From the NCBI GenBank assembly GCA_951812955.1, contig OX638340.1, positions 2,240,001 through 2,304,000 on the forward strand: 64,000 bases of DNA. Direction: 5' to 3'. Under the pieces are notes generated by a model. The model did no database searches. It saw nothing but the letters and a program-made list of their open reading frames with translations, and was not told the DNA's origin. Source of the stretch: an uncultured Gemmatimonadota bacterium (GTDB lineage: Bacteria > JAAXHH01). Shown piece by piece: positions 61,705 to 64,000 of this stretch. The translations under genes and the position numbers were made by a program. Positions within the stretch are counted from its first letter, which is position 1. Each line of letters opens with the position of its first letter.

Positions 61705-64000
61705 CTACCGTTCCATGACCAGGAAGTTGGCTGATTTGGAAACGGTACTTCCCGCGTGCAGGTCGGTAAGCCTGACAGTAAGTATATACTCACCCGCCGG
61801 CAGACCCGAAGTATCCAATGAAGTATACTCACGGTCCTCGGCTGAAGACCCTTCTCCCGCGAAGGCCATCATTACCGTCTGCATGTCTCTTTGCCTGCGG
61901 GCCGACCAGCCACGCCTTTCAGTAACCTCCAGGGGGCTGATCTCGTAGTGGAATTCGTACGCTGTTCTCTTCTCCCTGTCCAGGCTGAGGTTGTATATCT
62001 CGCAGTAAACGTAAACGGGGTTTCCCCGAAGGTAGAGCCGTCCCGGATTGGGCGTGATGTTCAATCCCTTGCGCACAAAGGGGCCCTGTACGCCTGTCGG
62101 AGCGATGATGGTGGCCAACTTGAGATCGCTGATGAGTAATTCTTCGCCGCTGTAATCAGACAGGGTGACTGGCTTGCGATACACTCCGATCCGGCTCGTC
62201 GTCTCGTCCTGCACCTGGACCGCCAGCGTGAAGCGTCCCGCCGGCGCCACGACGCTAGCGGGCAACGAATACACCGGGACATTCACTTGGCTTTCGGCCA
62301 TCGGCCCCTTCGGCCGGTCGAAGGGGCCGAAACCGAACTCGTGGGTGAACTGCGGGCTCATGGTCGAATCACGCAGGGTGACCAGGTGCGCGAGCCGGGT
62401 CCTGATCCCTCTGCCGTCCGACACCTCACCGAACTGCCATATGGGTATGCTGTAGGACAGATCCAGTTCCGTTGCACCGTTGTCCGCCCTGAAACTTACG
62501 GCGTCGAAGGCGTACTCGAGCGGCTCTCCGCCGTAGTCGTGCAGGTATTCCTCCGGGGCTTTGGCGATCAGTTCTTTGGCGAGCCGCCGGGGACTGAACC
62601 TTTCCTGCCGGGCCATCGCCTGCGGGTTGGTAAGCAGGTTGCCCTGGGGGTAATCGAATCGGCCCCCGCCGAACTGGTCGACGAAGAACAGTTCCAGGCC
62701 ATGCCGGACGTATACCCAGCTCTCGGTAGTGTATCCCGCACCCATTTCCTTTCTCTCCCTCTGCAGGTCAAAGACCGCGGATGATGCAACGATTCCGTCG
62801 GCCAGCGTTCCGCCAAGGGAGTCCAGTTCTGCTACAGTTACCCCCTCGGGCGGGACGATCGTCAAATTGCCCCGGTCGACACGCAATTGATAGCCAAACC
62901 GGTTATTCTGCTCTCGGATCGCGTCCACTGCCGCGTCATCGGAAATCGTAGCACTTTGATAGGCAATCCGATCTGCGTTATAGACGTTGCCGCGGCGGTC
63001 TTCCGGTTCACCGTAACGGACGTACATCTCGCCGCGGCGGTCATAGGGGTGCTGTCCCTGTGAAAAATGGTACCGGGCATACATTACGCGACGGTAATGC
63101 GCTACGAGGCGTTCGTTGGTCACGGTGGCGGGATTCGAATCCCTGGCATTCCAGAAGGCATGCCAGCGCGCATCGCGTTCGAGTCCGCCGGCTTCCTTCC
63201 AGGACGCCAGCTCGTCAGGAGTAGCCACGTGCGCCAGATCCCGGTAAACGCGCTGTTCGTCAGGGCCAAGAAGGGAAATGTACGTTTCAAAAATCCCATG
63301 CAGCACATCCGGCCGTGATTTCGAGTCTTCGGAAAGCGTGCTGAATTGCGTAAGCAGGGTCTGGACGATAGCTGAACCCGAATCTTCAAGTTCTGCTCCG
63401 GCATGTTCCAGTAACTCAACGGCCAGACCATACCTTTCGGAAAGAAGGGCCAGATAGACGAAACGGCCGAGTGCGTCGTAATGGCCGGGATTTACCTTGA
63501 ACTGCGAGATATATGCCGCCATCGCCTTGTCGAATTCGGGCGACTCGGGCCGTTCAAAACAACGGCCGATCTGAAAATACGCATCGGGATGGGAAGGATC
63601 CAATACCGCCGCTTTGAGGAAATAGTTCCGGCCGTCCCGGCCGCCACCCAGAATCCGGTCGGTCTTTCGCGGATTCATATGGGCGATTCCGATATGGTAC
63701 TGGATTTCCGGGTCGTCAGGCGCCAGCCTGGCCGCCATACGCAAGGCGTGACGCGCGTCCAGTCTTCGGTATTTCAACTGAATGTAGGACTTGCCCAGCC
63801 CCACGTAGCCTAACGCCAACTTCTCGTCCAGTTCGACTGAACGCTTGAACGAACTTACCGCCTTCCGGTATTGCTCCAACCCGTATTGAGCCATGCCGAG
63901 CCAGTAGTGGGCGGGCGCCGAACCCCCATCAGCCTCGACGGCCTGATTAAAGTACGGCAATGCTTCCGCGAACTTTTCCTGGTCGAATAGCGTCCGGCCC
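61705..64000 (-). CDS. secreted TPR-repeat plus GWxTD-domain protein, tandem paralog (5-prime partial at window edge)
   Basis: Collinear with the neighbouring gene (FWNARDSNPATVTNERLVAHYRRVMYARYHFS ... RRGEMYVRYGEPED). The reading frame remains open to position 64000, so the N-terminus lies outside the window. Confidence 0.7.
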   Translation of the reverse strand, partial: GRTLFDQEKFAEALPYFNQAVEADGGSAPAHYWLGMAQYGLEQYRKAVSSFKRSVELDEKLALGYVGLGKSYIQLKYRRLDARHALRMAARLAPDDPEIQYHIGIAHMNPRKTDRILGGGRDGRNYFLKAAVLDPSHPDAYFQIGRCFERPESPEFDKAMAAYISQFKVNPGHYDALGRFVYLALLSERYGLAVELLEHAGAELEDSGSAIVQTLLTQFSTLSEDSKSRPDVLHGIFETYISLLGPDEQRVYRDLAHVATPDELASWKEAGGLERDARWHAFWNARDSNPATVTNERLVAHYRRVMYARYHFSQGQHPYDRRGEMYVRYGEPEDRRGNVYNADRIAYQSATISDDAAVDAIREQNNRFGYQLRVDRGNLTIVPPEGVTVAELDSLGGTLADGIVASSAVFDLQRERKEMGAGYTTESWVYVRHGLELFFVDQFGGGRFDYPQGNLLTNPQAMARQERFSPRRLAKELIAKAPEEYLHDYGGEPLEYAFDAVSFRADNGATELDLSYSIPIWQFGEVSDGRGIRTRLAHLVTLRDSTMSPQFTHEFGFGPFDRPKGPMAESQVNVPVYSLPASVVAPAGRFTLAVQVQDETTSRIGVYRKPVTLSDYSGEELLISDLKLATIIAPTGVQGPFVRKGLNITPNPGRLYLRGNPVYVYCEIYNLSLDREKRTAYEFHYEISPLEVTERRGWSARRQRDMQTVMMAFAGEGSSAEDREYTSLDTSGLPAGEYILTVRLTDLHAGSTVSKSANFLVMER

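Overview
This is a 64-kb high-GC bacterial chromosomal segment, probably from an environmental genome. GWxTD/TPR proteins and orphan MacB-type permeases hint at an FCB/Gemmatimonadota-like lineage, but I could not verify that. I recognised about 55 protein genes and no rRNA, tRNA, CRISPR array, transposase or integrase. All calls come from reading motifs in the supplied translations and the DNA; no database search was run.

Core content: two sugar ABC permeases; a ferredoxin / SDR epimerase / P5C dehydrogenase / 2OG-oxygenase / PhyH cluster; TVP38, DUF547, TlpA and an FMN reductase; MutS and a NUDIX hydrolase; a small Cys-rich secreted protein followed by a TolC/adaptor/RND heavy-metal efflux operon; a VapC-Phd pair; two MarR paralogs; ROK glucokinase and GpmI; HtrA and Lon; a cytochrome c'-like lipoprotein, a VOC lipoprotein and an Eis-like GNAT; an orphan solute-binding protein, DUF1330 and a beta-lactamase-fold protein; a MacB-type permease, a GH-like protein and an M29 aminopeptidase; and two tandem TPR-GWxTD paralogs.

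Two AT-richer insertions stand out. The first (11.1-19.3 kb) starts exactly after the PhyH stop codon and carries a small-protein/PIN-like pair, an HsdR_N-type nuclease-domain protein, McrBC with a long atypical N-terminus, two tandem HNH nucleases and a VapB relic. The second (47.6-48.8 kb) carries a frameshifted AbrB-like gene and hicBA.

The most unusual observations are these. (a) A minus-strand lipoprotein gene (4470-5483) encodes roughly 100 Gly-Asp dipeptides and a poly-Asp tail, and an Asp/Asn beta-hydroxylase-family gene follows 135 bp downstream on the same strand. (b) Short tandem duplications anchored on gene termini recur across the window: the last codons plus the stop codon (or, once, the RBS plus the first codons) are repeated 2-4 times just outside the ORF. 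I found this at about ten native genes and at none of the island genes.
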